Shown: positions 1 to 14,554, counted from the stretch's first letter. The stretch is 64,000 nt of DNA from Octopus sinensis (GCF_006345805.1 NC_043003.1:4836001-4900000); one strand, 5' to 3'. A program made the numbers and translations. Notes: generated by a model from the letters alone, not told the origin.

Positions 1-321
1 CCTCTATGTATATATATATATAGGTATTCTTATCTCTCTTTCCCCCCTCTCTCTCTGTATATATACATACATATACACACATTTATGTGTCAATATATAT
101 AAACACATATATTTGTACACCTCTATTTATATGCTTATCTCTTCCTATGCATACATGCTTACATTGCATATATACATTGCATGCATATATACGTATATAC
201 GCGCACACATACATAATACATACATACATGCATTCATGCGTGCATACATACACTTGCACGTACGCGAGTTCAACCGAATGACATGCAATAGATAACTTTT
301 TTTTTAATTACTGACATCGAT

Positions 322-1275
322 CGATCCAATTGCCCATGTTTGGTAGACTCATTTTCCCTCCATACAAACGTACAATTCAACATAGTCGCCTTCCCGTAGA
401 AGCATTTGTGCCATCTTCGAAACCATTCCTTGAATTCTCTTTGAAAGAAACTTGAAATATACGCTTTTGTACCTAATATTTGATGGCCAATATCATCTCC
501 TCTGTCTCATCAAATCTTTCTTTCCAAAGACTGTCCTTCGTTGCACAGAACATTGAATGTCAGTGGACGCCCTTCACACCCTGTCCTGTGCTATCCAAAT
601 TCCTGATTCCTTGATTTGTTGACAAATATTTGTGTCACCCATTATCATGTCGAACGCACTTAGTCTTCATATTCTTGTCCTGTCCCTTCTTCCTAATGGC
701 TTCTTAATGTATTTTTGAGTTTCTCAGGGTATCCTCTGCCCGACACGGCTCAGTGACGTAAGAGTAAATCAAAGGAGAACGACGCGCTTGTGATTTCACC
801 AAAAGAGCCACTGATCATAGGATCCTGAAGGTCTTGGAGCAGAGGTGTGGCAATATTTGATCGTTTAAACCTTAATTTCCCGGATCATAAAGTTTCGATC
901 ACGTTTCATATGTTATCAACAGATCGAAAAATAGTGTGGTCGTTTGATTTAAACTGTTCCAGAGGATCAAAGCAGGCATCCAACCGTCTTTCCTTCATAC
1001 TACTGAGATGGTTGTTGATGGTCACAAAACTGGTTTACCCTTCATCAGACGTCTTCCTCAATCTATGCCTATTGCTCTTATGAAGCAAAGTCATCTCTTT
1101 AGAAAGCCTGTAGCCTTCTGTGGATGCACGCCTCCTTACCGCAAAATTGAATGATGGCGCTTTGCTCCAGCTCGGCACCCATTATTTGTTTACAATGAAC
1201 ATGTTGAAGAGTTACTCGACCGACATATATCACTTAATAAATATAAGCTTTTCCAATACTTTTGGGACAGCCTTA
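322..1275 (-). mobile_element. Degenerate mariner (Tc1/mariner) transposon with pseudogenised transposase
   Basis: Minus-strand translation across frameshifts and stops gives mariner-like segments in the right order: EQSAIIQFC (N-terminal HTH), FW*NHKRVVL, KDSLWKERFDETEEMILAIK, FKEWFRRWHKC..EGDYVE (C-terminus). A mariner-like terminus AAGGCTGTCCCAAAAGTATT lies at ~1255-1274 (minus). No matching TIR found at the left end. Confidence 0.75.
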
Positions 1276-1350
1276 GCGCATGTGTGTACGTATTTATATT
1301 TCTACATATATATAATCATACATTTATATTAATATATATATATATATATA

Positions 1351-2493
<1,143 letters not shown>

Positions 2494-2512
2494 ATATATA
2501 TATATAATATTA

Positions 2513-2566
<54 letters not shown>

Positions 2567-2568
2567 CA

Positions 2569-2613
<45 letters not shown>

Positions 2614-2641
2614 TATATAACATATAATATATATACATACA

Positions 2642-2716
<75 letters not shown>

Positions 2717-2923
2717 CATGTTTCTTTACTTTTTTCTTTATCACTCAGAAAGTATTGAGTCCTTCTTTAAGAAGTTATTAAATCTCTTAAGAACGATCCT
2801 CAATGGATTTCTCACATTCGTCAGAGGCGAGGAAAAACCTGTTTCACGCTCAGGATTCAATACAATCTCACATCATCGTGATGTTGTTAATCCGCTCAAT
2901 AGAATCGGATACCGATTTGGTAG

Positions 2924-2928
2924 GTAGG

Positions 2929-3018
<90 letters not shown>
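2924..3018. repeat. (GATA)n microsatellite
   Basis: About 23 uninterrupted GATA units. Confidence 0.95.
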
Positions 3019-3020
<2 letters not shown>

Positions 3021-3360
3021 GTTTCAACGATACTATTAAGATTCCGCTTCTATTGTATGTCACCTGATTACGTTTCTCTAGAAATATGATAATTATTCAG
3101 CGAGCGTGATATATTAATGGCGTAGTGATTTCCTACGCGGCAACTTAGTGCCTTCTTTAATGATATGATCTTACAGTTATATGTATGTGTGTGTATGAAT
3201 ATGTGAAATGATACATAGTACTGTGTGGAACGTGTCTCATTTCATTAGTTTTGTTGTTTCATTGTAAATAGGACACCGTCTCGTAAATACAGCAGAATAA
3301 TTTCGTTAATTTTGAAATACTTGTTTCTTAATTATAAATGTTTAATAAGTAAGACCTAGA

Positions 3361-3398
<38 letters not shown>

Positions 3399-3651
3399 CA
3401 TCTCACTCTTTCTCTCTTTCCATATCTCTCCCTCCTCTTCGTTCCTCTCTATCTATTTATCTCTCCGTCTATGAATCTAGCAATGCAAATGCACTCGCAT
3501 ATTTGTACACATATATGGATATGTATATACATACGTGTGTGTGCGTATATATATATATTAATATATATATATATATATTAATGTATGCATGTATATGTAC
3601 GTATATATATATTTGCACAAATATATGTATATTTACACACCCTCCTTCGTC

Positions 3652-3687
<36 letters not shown>

Positions 3688-4230
3688 TTTACATTAGAAC
3701 ACATTAAGAGGCTTCCAAATAGGAAAGCCTTATGCTAGAAAGAGCAGTAGAAAACTCAAGCTAGGCCACTGGTAATAATAATTTCTATAATTCTTATTAC
3801 CTTAATATTATTATTATGTTTGATAATATATATATATATATATAGATATAAGTATATTATATATATATATATATAATACATACATCACCACCACATAACA
3901 TATACTTATGCACACATGCACACACACATATAATGTTTGCTCATATGCCAGTTTATATATAAAGGCACAATGATATCAAACTGAAAAAGTACGTCATGGA
4001 GCACATCATGATTTATTTGTGGGTTAACAAGGCAACCAATGGTTTCCTGTGAAGACATCTTCGCAATTGTTCAAGTCATAACACTTGGTAATCGTCGCTT
4101 TGTTAATCCATGAATAGAGAATATTTATCCATCAAAGCGCAGTTGAGTGGGATATGTGCGTGTCTTTGTGTGACCAACCATATATTTTTAGGCACGAGAT
4201 ATTTCAAAGTTTCTTAGATATTGATTTGGA

Positions 4231-4295
4231 AAGGATGAAAGGCGAAGTCGACCTCGGCAGAATTTGAACATAGAACGTAAGAACGGACGAAATGC
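4231..4295 (-). mobile_element. SINE family A fragment
   Basis: aaggatgaaaggcgaagtcgacctcggcagaatttgaac matches the complete copies at 10215 and 38318. Confidence 0.75.
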
Positions 4296-4297
4296 TG

Positions 4298-4765
4298 CAC
4301 AAGGCAGACAAGATGTTAGAGCACCGGAGGTTGGATATAGTAACTTTTAAGAGGGACAAACGAAAGTGCCTAATACTCGACGTGGCAGTGCCAGGAGATC
4401 AATATATTATCATGAAAGAAAAAGATTGATAAATATGGAGAGGTGAGAATTGAGATCGCCAAGATGGGGCAGCTACGAGGATCAAACGTAATGTTTGTCC
4501 CCGTTGTCGTCGGTTCATTGGGCTCAATGCCACCCAAGCTGAAAAGACATCTGGAAACTTTAGAAATACCTTATGATCTGCGTGTATTACAAAAAAGCAG
4601 CATTGCTTGGAACTGCACGCATATTGCGTAAAGTACTGTCTGTCTGAGGTCCTCGTGGTGACTTGACAGACAGTACAAACGCCGGTAGACACAGTATCTT
4701 CATTCAATATCATCACGATATTGGATACTGTGCAACGTCTTAAATAACAACAACAACAACAATAC
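4298..4765 (+). mobile_element. 3' end of an R4/Dong-type non-LTR retrotransposon (restriction-like endonuclease domain)
   Basis: Joined frames read DKMLEHRRLDIVTFKRDKRKCLILDVAVPGDQ..IDKYGEVRIEIAKM..VPVVVGSLG..LQK..LGTARILRKVLSV*. This fits the RxPD..D..KY RLE signature (P degenerated to L). A short 3' UTR and a (CAA)n tail at ~4745-4763 follow. Confidence 0.8.
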
Positions 4766-5044
4766 ATTTTCACTCCGAAACTAATATTGCAACTGTCGAC
4801 CAATGTACATATCGTGCACATTTAATGTATCTAGGTACATGTTTAGGTGTAAAACAAGCGTTTATGTGTGTGTGTGTAAAGAGTGATGGGAAGATAGAAA
4901 GAAAGGTAGATAGAGATAAACTGATAGGTAGATAAACAGACAACCAGATAGAGAGATACATATACAGATAAAGAGAGTGGGAGGGAGAGAGAGAAAAGAG
5001 AAGTACAAAGTTATTTCCTGTGTGAAAGTGTATATTCGTGTGTG

Positions 5045-5100
<56 letters not shown>

Positions 5101-5637
5101 GTATATATATGTATGTATATATATATGTACATATATATGTATATATATATATATATGTATATATATATAATATATATATATATATATACATATATATATA
5201 CATACATATATACATACATATATACATACATATATATAATATATATATATATATATTATATATATATATATATAATATATATATATATATATGACATATT
5301 GCCAGATATAATGATTCGCTGCACGTGCGAGATAGATGGCGGTGGTGAAGCCTTTAGTAAAATGATTTTACACTTGTCAATAATTATGTTTCCATGAGTA
5401 TGTGACATGTGTTTAGTAGAATGGGTGAGGTGTGAGTCTTCTCAGATGATTGTGTTGTGGTTTTATTGGAAATAGGTCAGCTGCTGATAAATAAAAGCAA
5501 AGTTGTTTAATTTTGAATTGATATATTTGTTCTTAATTATAAAAGCTAAGAACTTAAGCGTCGAATCTATCTTTCTATCTTTCATTCTGTCTGTCTGTCT
5601 ATTTATTGTACTCTATATTATCGATATGTATATATAC

Positions 5638-5701
<64 letters not shown>

Positions 5702-5954
5702 ATACGTATGTGAGTGTGTGTGTATACATGTATGCATGTGTATATATATATGTGTGTATACATGTGGACTTGTGTGTGTGTGTATATATATATATATATC
5801 TGTGTATGTATTATATATATATATATATCTGTGTGCATATATATATATAATATATATATACATGCACACATGTATATACACATATATATATACTCACATT
5901 AAACACAGAGAAACACACACTATACACATATATAGATAGCTAGATAGATGTTCA

Positions 5955-6170
5955 TACACCAATCCCTCGCCATATCGCGGTTCACCTATCGCGGTATATC
6001 ATTTAAGCTTACGTCGATTCCTTAGTGGTGTTGTTTGCATTTGTAAGAAAATAAATATATACAAATTATAAAAATAATAAAAAATATCTGTACAGTACGG
6101 TACTGTTTCTACTTCGCGGATTTTCACCTATCGCGGGAAGGGTTTGGAGCGAAGTCGAGGGATTATCGTA
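5955..6170. mobile_element. Tigger/pogo-like (TcMar) MITE
   Basis: Imperfect TIRs TACACCAATCCCTCG / CGAGGGATTATCGTA with TA ends, plus repeated subterminal cacctatcgcgg motifs. Confidence 0.7.
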
Positions 6171-6915
6171 TATATCTACATGCGACATCAATATACAGAT
6201 ATACACATATATGTGTGCGTGTGTGTGTGTGCATGTATGTATCCATATGTATCCATATATTATATATATATATATATATATAATATTATATATATATATA
6301 TATATATCTGTGTTTGTTTATGTATGTATATGTATATATATGCGTGTCCGCATACATACACATGCACACACACACTCACACACATATATACTATTTTGAT
6401 GTACATCTATATGTATATATACTTGCACAACGTCCGCGTTCGCACACACACACACACCAGCATAGATGCGCACTTATTAGGTCTCTTAGTTGTATTAGTA
6501 CCTGTCTTCCATTGTAGCATGCAAGAATTTCGACAGAGCCACGTTGATTGGACTTTGCTTGTAGTTATTAATGTAAAGAGGTGCAGAATGGCAATGCATA
6601 ACTCTTTCATAATCCGTAGCCGTGGCAAGAGATATTAACTAATTTCCAATCTGCGATGTAACGTGAAATGACGTCTTTTAGTTTGGTGTTGGTGTCGCCT
6701 CAACTACCTTGTGAGATTTCTTCGATGAACTAAAATGCCACCCTTTGAACTGTAACCGAGATGGAAGTCTTGACCACCTTAGATTAAATTTAAGTTTTGC
6801 TGAATATACTTCGAGGGAGAAGTCCTACATATTTTTGTAAGTGTTTAGAAGAGTGCATGTGTTTGTGCACACGCATTGTGAATGAAGGTCTGTTATACAA
6901 CTGTATGTATGTAAG

Positions 6916-6973
<58 letters not shown>

Positions 6974-6977
<4 letters not shown>

Positions 6978-7044
6978 CACAAATATGAGAGAGAATCCAC
7001 TATGTGGACGCTCTTACGTGGATTCTTTCTCATATTTGTGTATT
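6974..7044. repeat. 71-nt hairpin (27-bp arms, 17-nt loop)
   Basis: aatacacaaatatgagagagaatccac pairs with gtggattctttctcatatttgtgtatt; the single deviation is a G-U wobble on the + strand. Confidence 0.85.
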
Positions 7045-8169
7045 AATATTTACTGAATCTCAGTTTTTTATTGCGCTAAACCACTGGTGTTAAATTGATG
7101 CTATTAAATTAATATCCAATTTTTCACCTTATTTTGATTTTATATATATATATATAATATATATATATATATATTACATTACAAAATAAGAAAATGGAGA
7201 AATACATCCAAATCAAATATCAATTACCAGATAATACCCAATCACATACTGTATTAAACCACCACATAAGAAACTTTAAAGTCAAACATAATAATGTAGA
7301 ACAAAACAGTGTACATAAAGGAGTGTGCACAAAGGAGTAATGTTATACAATAAGTACAGTATGTATAAGAGAATATAAATATGAGTAAATATAAATATAA
7401 ATATAGACTACATCTTACAGCTGTTTCGGCCATGCAGATAAGTATGTCTCATTTTACTTATATTAGCCATTTATGGTAGGTCAATATCTCAATTTGTATA
7501 TATACATATATATATTCTTTTATTGTTTTATAGCTCCACATAGATTATCATCATCCAGTCTGATTCCAGTATGGTGGTTTGGCTACTACTTTTCGTAGTA
7601 GTGTTACTGGTCATGAAAGCCAGTAAATGTTAGAGAAATTACGATAAACACTAGTTTAGATCATTTGTTCCTATGCACGTTTAACCGTTGTGCTAGTTTG
7701 TAACTGTACATTGGATGTTCCAAGAGCATGGGGATGCTTAAGCACAGCATTTCAAGCGAAGAACACCTTATTGTATTATGTTGTGAAGAACTAAACTTAG
7801 ACGCGACTTACCGCTCGGCAGACTCACGACTTTCATATAGAGATGCAGCGGAAAACTGACCGAAAATTCCCTCATCTCACCATGCGACTGTCCTCAAGCG
7901 ATTTTTGAGACAATGGCCAGAGAATATACAGCTTGCGACAATTTTTTTGTGTTCTTCATAATGTACACTTTTGAAAATCAGCACATACGGTCCATATATG
8001 CTTACAATTTTCTGCCTTAACTTTTTATTCCATAATTTGTCTCTGAAAATGTTACTTTTTTCTTTGTAACACCCAATCATCGATGCCAGCCGTTTTCTTG
8101 CTCAATGTAGTTGCAATCATTACATCCTATTCAGTGAGATTCTTTTTCACATCTTTATATCGCAGTTCC

Positions 8170-8570
8170 GAGCAACCCTTTTGACGACTTGTCCTACATC
8201 TTGATGGCAAATTTGGAGTCCTAGGCACAACGCAGTGGCGCCCAGTTCTGGCATTTGTGTAACTCTCGATGCCAAAGTTTGGGACACGTCCCTCCAGGAT
8301 CTTCCAGATGTATATTATGGCATATCTTTCCCGCCTACGCTCCAAGGAATATAGTTTTAATCTCTTGAGTCTTTCCCAGTAGCTTACATTCTGCTTTTCT
8401 GCATAGAGGCTATCTTCTTCGTGTAGCTACGCTGGATCGCCTCGAGCTCTGTGATCAACTTGACACTGGATGGTGACCATAACTGAGAGCAATAGTCAAA
8501 GTGGCTTAGGACAAGTGTCCTCCAGAGGACTTCATGGTTTCTTGTTCTCTTGTTCTAAAGGTTCTGATAT
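8170..8570 (-). mobile_element. CR1/L2-group LINE ORF2 C-terminal fragment
   Basis: Minus strand reads IRTFRTR..LWRTLVLSHFDYCSQLWSPSSVKLITELEAIQRSYTKKI..YWERLKRLKLYSLERRRERYAIIYIWKILEG, typical of the post-RT region of this LINE group. Confidence 0.8.
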
Positions 8571-9499
8571 ATAAACAAATAAAATTAATCGCCACATCAA
8601 AGTGATTGATTCTTCTTATTTCTGTGGCAGACTTCATTCTTTGCCGCTTTCACCTGTGATGAAGATGTTTGAGTCAGTACCAACTAAACAAAGACTTACC
8701 ACAGCATTTTCTTCAGTTTGTAGTGGAAACGCTGGACAGGTTTTCTAACGTAGTCTCAATATCTAAAAGCTGTTGTTTCCGTAAAAATAGATATCACTTG
8801 TGCGAGTATCTGTTGCTTCTGTCAAATATTTCTTCTCTTCTCGAACGCAACTGTTTATTGTCATTGTGGGCAGATCAAGGCGTATAACTCTTGTAATGCT
8901 CACAATGTTTGTACAACAGATTTATTTACCACACTTATGGTTCCATATGTTACAAACATTACATATTGCTAAATATAGGAAACTAAGCGACAAATGATGC
9001 CAACACCTGCTTGGCAGCAGGAAATAAGGCAGAATTGTCAGGAGACGCAGAATTTCGAAGAAAATATTTAAAAGAATACATAAACGTAGATTTTTTTAAA
9101 ACAAAACAAAAAATAAATAATAAAGAAATAAAGAAAAATTAAAAATTCAGAAAAGTCTTGTCATAATCAATCAAAGAGAAGGAAGGAAAGTGAGATGATA
9201 TTGGCAGTGACAATGGTGATCAAAAAAGACAGAACCCTAACCAAAGACGAATGGCCAGCAGCCATTATGAAAACATATTTTCTTTCTTTTTTTTTGTTAT
9301 ATTTTAGTTTTGTTCTGTTTTTGTTTTGTGCAGTTTTTCTTCTGCAAAAAAAAATATTTCAAACGATCAGAGTGCATTGCAACAGAATTTAGGAAATTGC
9401 TGTTCCACTTATTCTCTCTTCTGTGTCAAAATAAATATGATAGCTGCAGAAGATAGATATGTGTGAATGCGCATCTGTTTATACCGTCATAGCTGACCA

Positions 9500-10190
9500 T
9501 CCACCCACCTACCTACCTACCTACCTACCTACCTACCTACCTACCTACCTACCTACCTACCTACTAATCTACTAACCTACCTACCTACCTACCTGCCTAC
9601 CTACCTACCTACCTACCTACCTACCTACCTACCTACTTACCTACCTACATTCCTACCTACCTACCTACCTACCTACCTACCTACCTACCTACCTACCTAC
9701 CTACCTACCTGCCTGCCTGCCTGCCTACATACCTATCTACCTACCTACCTACCTACCTACCTACCTACCTACTTACCTACCTACATTCCTACCTACCTAC
9801 CTACCTACCTACCTACCTAAATACCTACCTACCAGCCTGCCTGCCTGCCTACATACCTACCTACCTACTTACCTACCTACCTACCTACCTACCTACCTAC
9901 CTGCCTACCTACCTACCTACCTACCTACCAACCTACCTACCTACCTACCTACTTACCTACCTACATTCCTACCTACCTACCTACCTACCTACCTACCTAC
10001 CTACCTACCTACCTACCTGCCTGCCTGCCTGCCTACCTACCTACCTACCTACCTACCTACCTACCTACCTACCTACCTACCTACCTACTAACCTACTAAC
10101 CTACCTACCTACCTACTTACCTACCTACCTTCCTACCTACCTACCTTCCTTCCTTCCTACCTACCTACCTACCTACCCACCTACCTACAT
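9500..10190. repeat. (CCTA)n tetranucleotide array with internal higher-order variants
   Basis: About 700 bp of CCTA. The variant block acttacctacctacattcc recurs at ~9636, ~9771 and ~9951, with interspersed CCTG runs. Confidence 0.95.
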
Positions 10191-10214
10191 AGATACATAC
10201 ATATGTATATATAT

Positions 10215-10444
10215 GTTTCTTTATTAGCCACGAGGGGCTAAACACAGAGGGGACAAACAAAGACAGACAAAGGTATTAAATCGATTACATCGACCCCAGT
10301 GCGTAACTGATACTTAATTTATAGGACCCGGAAGGATGAAAGGCAAAGTCGACCTCAGCGGAATTTGAACTCAGAACGTAACGGCAGACGAAATACAGCT
10401 ACGCATTTCGCCCGGCGTCCTAACGGTTCTGCCAGCTCGCCGCC
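10215..10444 (-). mobile_element. tRNA-derived SINE family A, full length
   Basis: Minus strand: GGCGGCGAGCTGGCAGAA head, B-box-like GAGTTCAAATTCC, central gcctttcatccttccgggtcctataaattaagt (resembles the Meta/MESC-type SINE domain, from recollection), 3' end ..ctaataaagaaac. Confidence 0.85.
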
Positions 10445-10704
10445 TTATATATCAGATAAAATGTCCCTCCCGAACTATAGGTTCGTAGGATCGGCTTTTT
10501 CTCCGGATTCTCTGGTGTACGTATCCCCTATCCCAGACGGTGTGGTGAGGGGGAATATATACGCCACAGAATCGCTTTGACTGGATTGTAGCAATGTTAT
10601 GTGAAATCTTTTGCTCAATAGAAAACAAACTGCTCTGTCCAGGAATCGAAACCAACTTACGGTTTTGAGTGCAACACTGAGTCACTGAACCAAGCGCCTC
10701 TACC

Positions 10705-10735
<31 letters not shown>

Positions 10736-10786
10736 GGTGCCCCAGCATGGCCACAGCTCATGAGCTGAAACTGGAAAAATCAAAAA

Positions 10787-10831
<45 letters not shown>

Positions 10832-11468
10832 GTGTGTGTTGTGTAGACGTACAGATATAAATATATGAATATATTCATAAATACATACATATGTGTAATA
10901 CATGTATTCATGCACGCACACACATGCACAGACGCATACACATATAATTTCAATCATTGAGCTACAGCCATGCTGGAGCAAATTTTCCATGTTTTATTGT
11001 CACCCTTCTCAATCCTGTACTCATAGTACCTCCATTATACTGGATAATGTTTTTAGAAATAACTGGATTGCCATGGCTAGGTTGTCTTTGATCATATGAT
11101 CTACTGCATCACAACTGACATGGGTTTAATTCCAACTACCTCAATAACTAATCTGGTTTCCGTCTGTCTTCTTTATTTCACAAAATCCAGTTGGAAATTT
11201 GTTGCCAAATGTCAAGACGCCATCGTTCCTGTTACGGTTGTTTCCCCCGGAAAAAGTTTACGAATCATTATTCTTAAGACATAATTGCAGGCATTTCCTT
11301 GTTAATTGGCTCTCTTATAATTATATCGTCAAGTTAGTCGCTTAAATTCATTCTTCATTCAGCGTTGGACTTCAAAGAACAAAATAAACTCCGGAATATA
11401 TTTTGTTCCGTGAATATAATTTTATTTTTTCTCTCGCTAAGTCACATAACTTGGTAAGTGTGTGTGTG

Positions 11469-11520
<52 letters not shown>

Positions 11521-11614
11521 AGTTCAGCAAAATTTAGATTCAAATGAATATGCTATTTAAGTCAGATGCGCCAGAATTTTGTACGGTGTTATCCATATAA
11601 ATCCATGGGGTGAT

Positions 11615-11780
11615 TATAATCAAAGTAAGCAACAAGAATATCTTTGGTAATTTGGTAAGATCGTTTCATGCTACATCATTTTATTAAACATTACAATACT
11701 TACAATGTTTGATAGAATGATGTAGCATGAAACGATCGTACCAAATTCCGAAGATATTATTGTTGCTTACTTTGATTATA
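11615..11780. repeat. 166-bp fold-back palindrome (MITE-like)
   Basis: ~78-bp arms tataatcaaagtaagcaac...taaacatt / aatgtttga...gttgcttactttgattata with an 11-nt loop, about 5 differences and TA ends. Confidence 0.9.
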
Positions 11781-11783
11781 TAT

Positions 11784-11837
<54 letters not shown>

Positions 11838-12661
11838 TTCGCCATGATAGATCGCTAGCCCCTACCCATTCTTTATTCTCTCTCCTTGTTTCTTTATGCG
11901 TTCTTGCATGTTGACAAACACACACACACACAGACACACACATGTTCGTGCAAATGCATGTAAATAAATACAGATAAATGGAGGACATTTGGAGATAAGG
12001 TCATGCTACAAATTGCTGTGAAGACATACAAAATACGCCTTTTGTACCGACGCAATAGAACTTTGCCAGTGAAATACTCACAGATGTCTATGATTACCTA
12101 GGCATAAATCAGCGAATGTGTGTTGCTGTTTATTTACAAATCCTAGCATAAAACCAAATCGTGTACGGAAGCTGGAGCAATATCCCGGAGAGAAATACAT
12201 TTAATATGTTATATAAGACATGATTTGTAGAAGAGGGGGAAGACAGAGACAAACAAGTATGAGAGAAAGAAAGATATCGTAAGTGAGAGGAGGAGGAGTG
12301 AGGACAAATCGCTAAAATCAACCATAGAAAGGGAAACTAATGAAGAGATGTGAAATATATATTTACTAATGACAGAAAAATCCTTTTCGGTCAAACTACA
12401 AAATATTTGTTCATAGAAACATCATTAAAAAAAAAATTATGTCCATAAGTTAATTTCGAATTCTGATTTCAGCGGCCTCTTCGGAGTTCGATGTTCTCTT
12501 TCATTTCACTATTTTGGTGTGTGTGTGTGTGTGTGTGTGTCAGAGGGTGTATGAAAATTGAGTTTAAATTATCATTGTAATTGGTATTATTCTCATACCA
12601 TCGGGTACCTATCAAAGTTGCCTATATCTATCTTTCTTTCCTTCATTATATATATATATAT

Positions 12662-12853
12662 ATCAGTCATTTGAGCACCGCCTCTCGTCGAACAAATCGA
12701 CCCCAGGACTTATTCTGTGTAAGCCTATTCTATCGTCTCTCTTGCTGAACCGCTAGATTATGGGGACGTAAACACACCAGCATCGGTTGTCAAACGATGG
12801 TGGGGTGACAAACACAGACACAAACAAACACATATAAACACATATATATATCT

Positions 12854-12887
<34 letters not shown>

Positions 12888-13470
12888 GTTAGTTAGTTAG
12901 TTAGTTAATTTGGCTCAAAAGCAAATAGCAAGGCCATGTAGGGGGACATGGAGTTAAGTACAGGGTGGTGTTCATGTAAGAGTTCAGGCCACTTGAGGTC
13001 CAGGAGGCTTTGAACAAAGCGGTCGTCGGCATCTTTACCATCTCGTTGGCAGTTTGTTCCACGGATCCGCAACCCGGACGGAGAAAGCTCCTCTCCTTCG
13101 ATTGAGATGAAATCGTCGCAGGTAGAGCTTTTCGGAATGACCCCGCAGCCGGCGCTCTGGAGCAGGAGTGAAGAACAGCTCTTTCGAGAGGTTACACTTT
13201 CCGCTTATGATGTTGTGGGCGAGAATGAGATCACTACGGCGGCGGCGTTTTTCAAGAGAATAAAGGTCGAGCGTCCTCAGCCTTTCTTCGTAGGACAAAT
13301 TATATATATATACGACAGACTTCTTTCACTTTCCGTCTACCAAATCCACTCACAAGGCTTTGGTAGGCCGGAGGCTATAATAGAAGACACTTGAGCAAGG
13401 TGCCACGCAGTGGGACTGAACTCGGAGCCATATGGCTGGGAAGCAAGCTACTTACCACACAGCCACACCT
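12662..13470 (-). mobile_element. SINE family B split by a LINE insertion (3' half ~12662-12835, 5' half ~13301-13470)
   Basis: Both halves match the uninterrupted copies at 35945-36330 and 56750-57145. The head gtggctgtgtggtaagtagcttgc is tRNA-like and is followed by a CORE-like gcaagtgtctt box. Confidence 0.85.
12888..13300 (-). mobile_element. 5'-truncated CR1/L2-like LINE 3' end with (TAAC)n tail
   Basis: ORF 13035-13298 reads SYEERLRTLDLYSLEKRRRRSDLILAHNIISG..RGHSEKL..RRGAFSVRVADPWNKLP. The tail appears as gttagttagttag at 12888-12906 on +. Confidence 0.9.
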
Positions 13471-13582
13471 AAACGCACATGCATACATAATAATTAATAA
13501 GGGTGGCTTGTTTGAAATTTTACATATATATACATACACATGTATATGTGTTTGTGTGTGTGTGTGTGTGTGTTGTGCATAA

Positions 13583-13795
13583 TCAATCCAAACATGAACA
13601 AGCATGAAAAAACAATAACGTGAGGACGTGGTACAAGTGCTGTGCTATTGGACGCTCAAGAAAAGAAAGAAAAGAAAGTGAATTTTACGTTTCGAGTAGA
13701 TACTCTTCATCAGAAATATAGAAAAAGTCCAAAGAAGGGAAGACGGAGAAAGAAAATCGCCAACGATACACACGCGGTCACATACTGAAATATAT
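13583..13795 (-). mobile_element. Penelope-like terminal-repeat remnant, subfamily A
   Basis: Homologous over ~200 bp to 23690-23895 and 26505-26690 (tgtgacc.cgtgtgta.cgttggcga...gagcgtccaata...ccacgtcctc.cgtt) and carries a hammerhead-like core. The PLE assignment is inferred from that motif. Confidence 0.6.
13682..13717 (-). ncRNA. Minimal type-I hammerhead ribozyme-like motif, intact core
   Basis: Minus strand: attt CUGAUGA A gagu-aucu-acuc GAA ACGU A aaau. Stem I is 4 bp, stem II is 4-5 bp, stem III is palindromic ACGU, and the putative cleavage triplet is GUA. Confidence 0.65.
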
Positions 13796-14357
13796 ATATA
13801 TGCGTGTGTGTGTGTGTGCGTGCGTGTGTGTTTTTATGTTCAGCCTCAATAAAAACAATTTTATATTAATCCCGCATATTCCATATATTTACTCGTTTTC
13901 ACTTTTACTCTTTTATATGTTTCAGTCATCTGACTGTGACCACGCTGGAGCCCCGCCTGTTCGTTGAACAAACCATCCCCAGAACGTATTCTTTGTGACG
14001 CTTGTACTTTATCTATTTTTCGAGTAGAATTTATTTTTCTTAAACAACAATATTGACAGCGATTTCGAAGTGCTGGCAAGTTAAGCCATCGTTAAACGAA
14101 GGCCTAGGCGTTACTGTCTATATTGTTCTTGTTTAAAAAGAATGAATACACACACATTTAAATATATATTTGTATGGTCACACATATGCACCAACAACCA
14201 CACACGCACAGGCGCACCTACACTAAAATATTATAATACATATATATATATATATTATATATATATATATATATCCACAAAATTATATCGGGATAAGAAA
14301 AATTAAATAGATGAATCAGAGAATCACTTCATACATACACACCATATATATAATATA

Positions 14358-14389
<32 letters not shown>

Positions 14390-14432
14390 ATATATATATG
14401 GTGTATATCATATATATATATATATATATATC

Positions 14433-14503
<71 letters not shown>

Positions 14504-14554
14504 GTGTGGTGTTGTATATATATATATATATGTGTGTATATATATATATGTATA

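Noticed and set aside
1035-1050. CTGATGAAGGG on the minus strand
   Set aside because: It lies inside the mariner coding remnant and has no downstream GAAA or stems.
8690-8760. Strong minus-strand donor (gtg|gtaagt) with an upstream acceptor
   Set aside because: The 63-nt segment has stops in all three frames.
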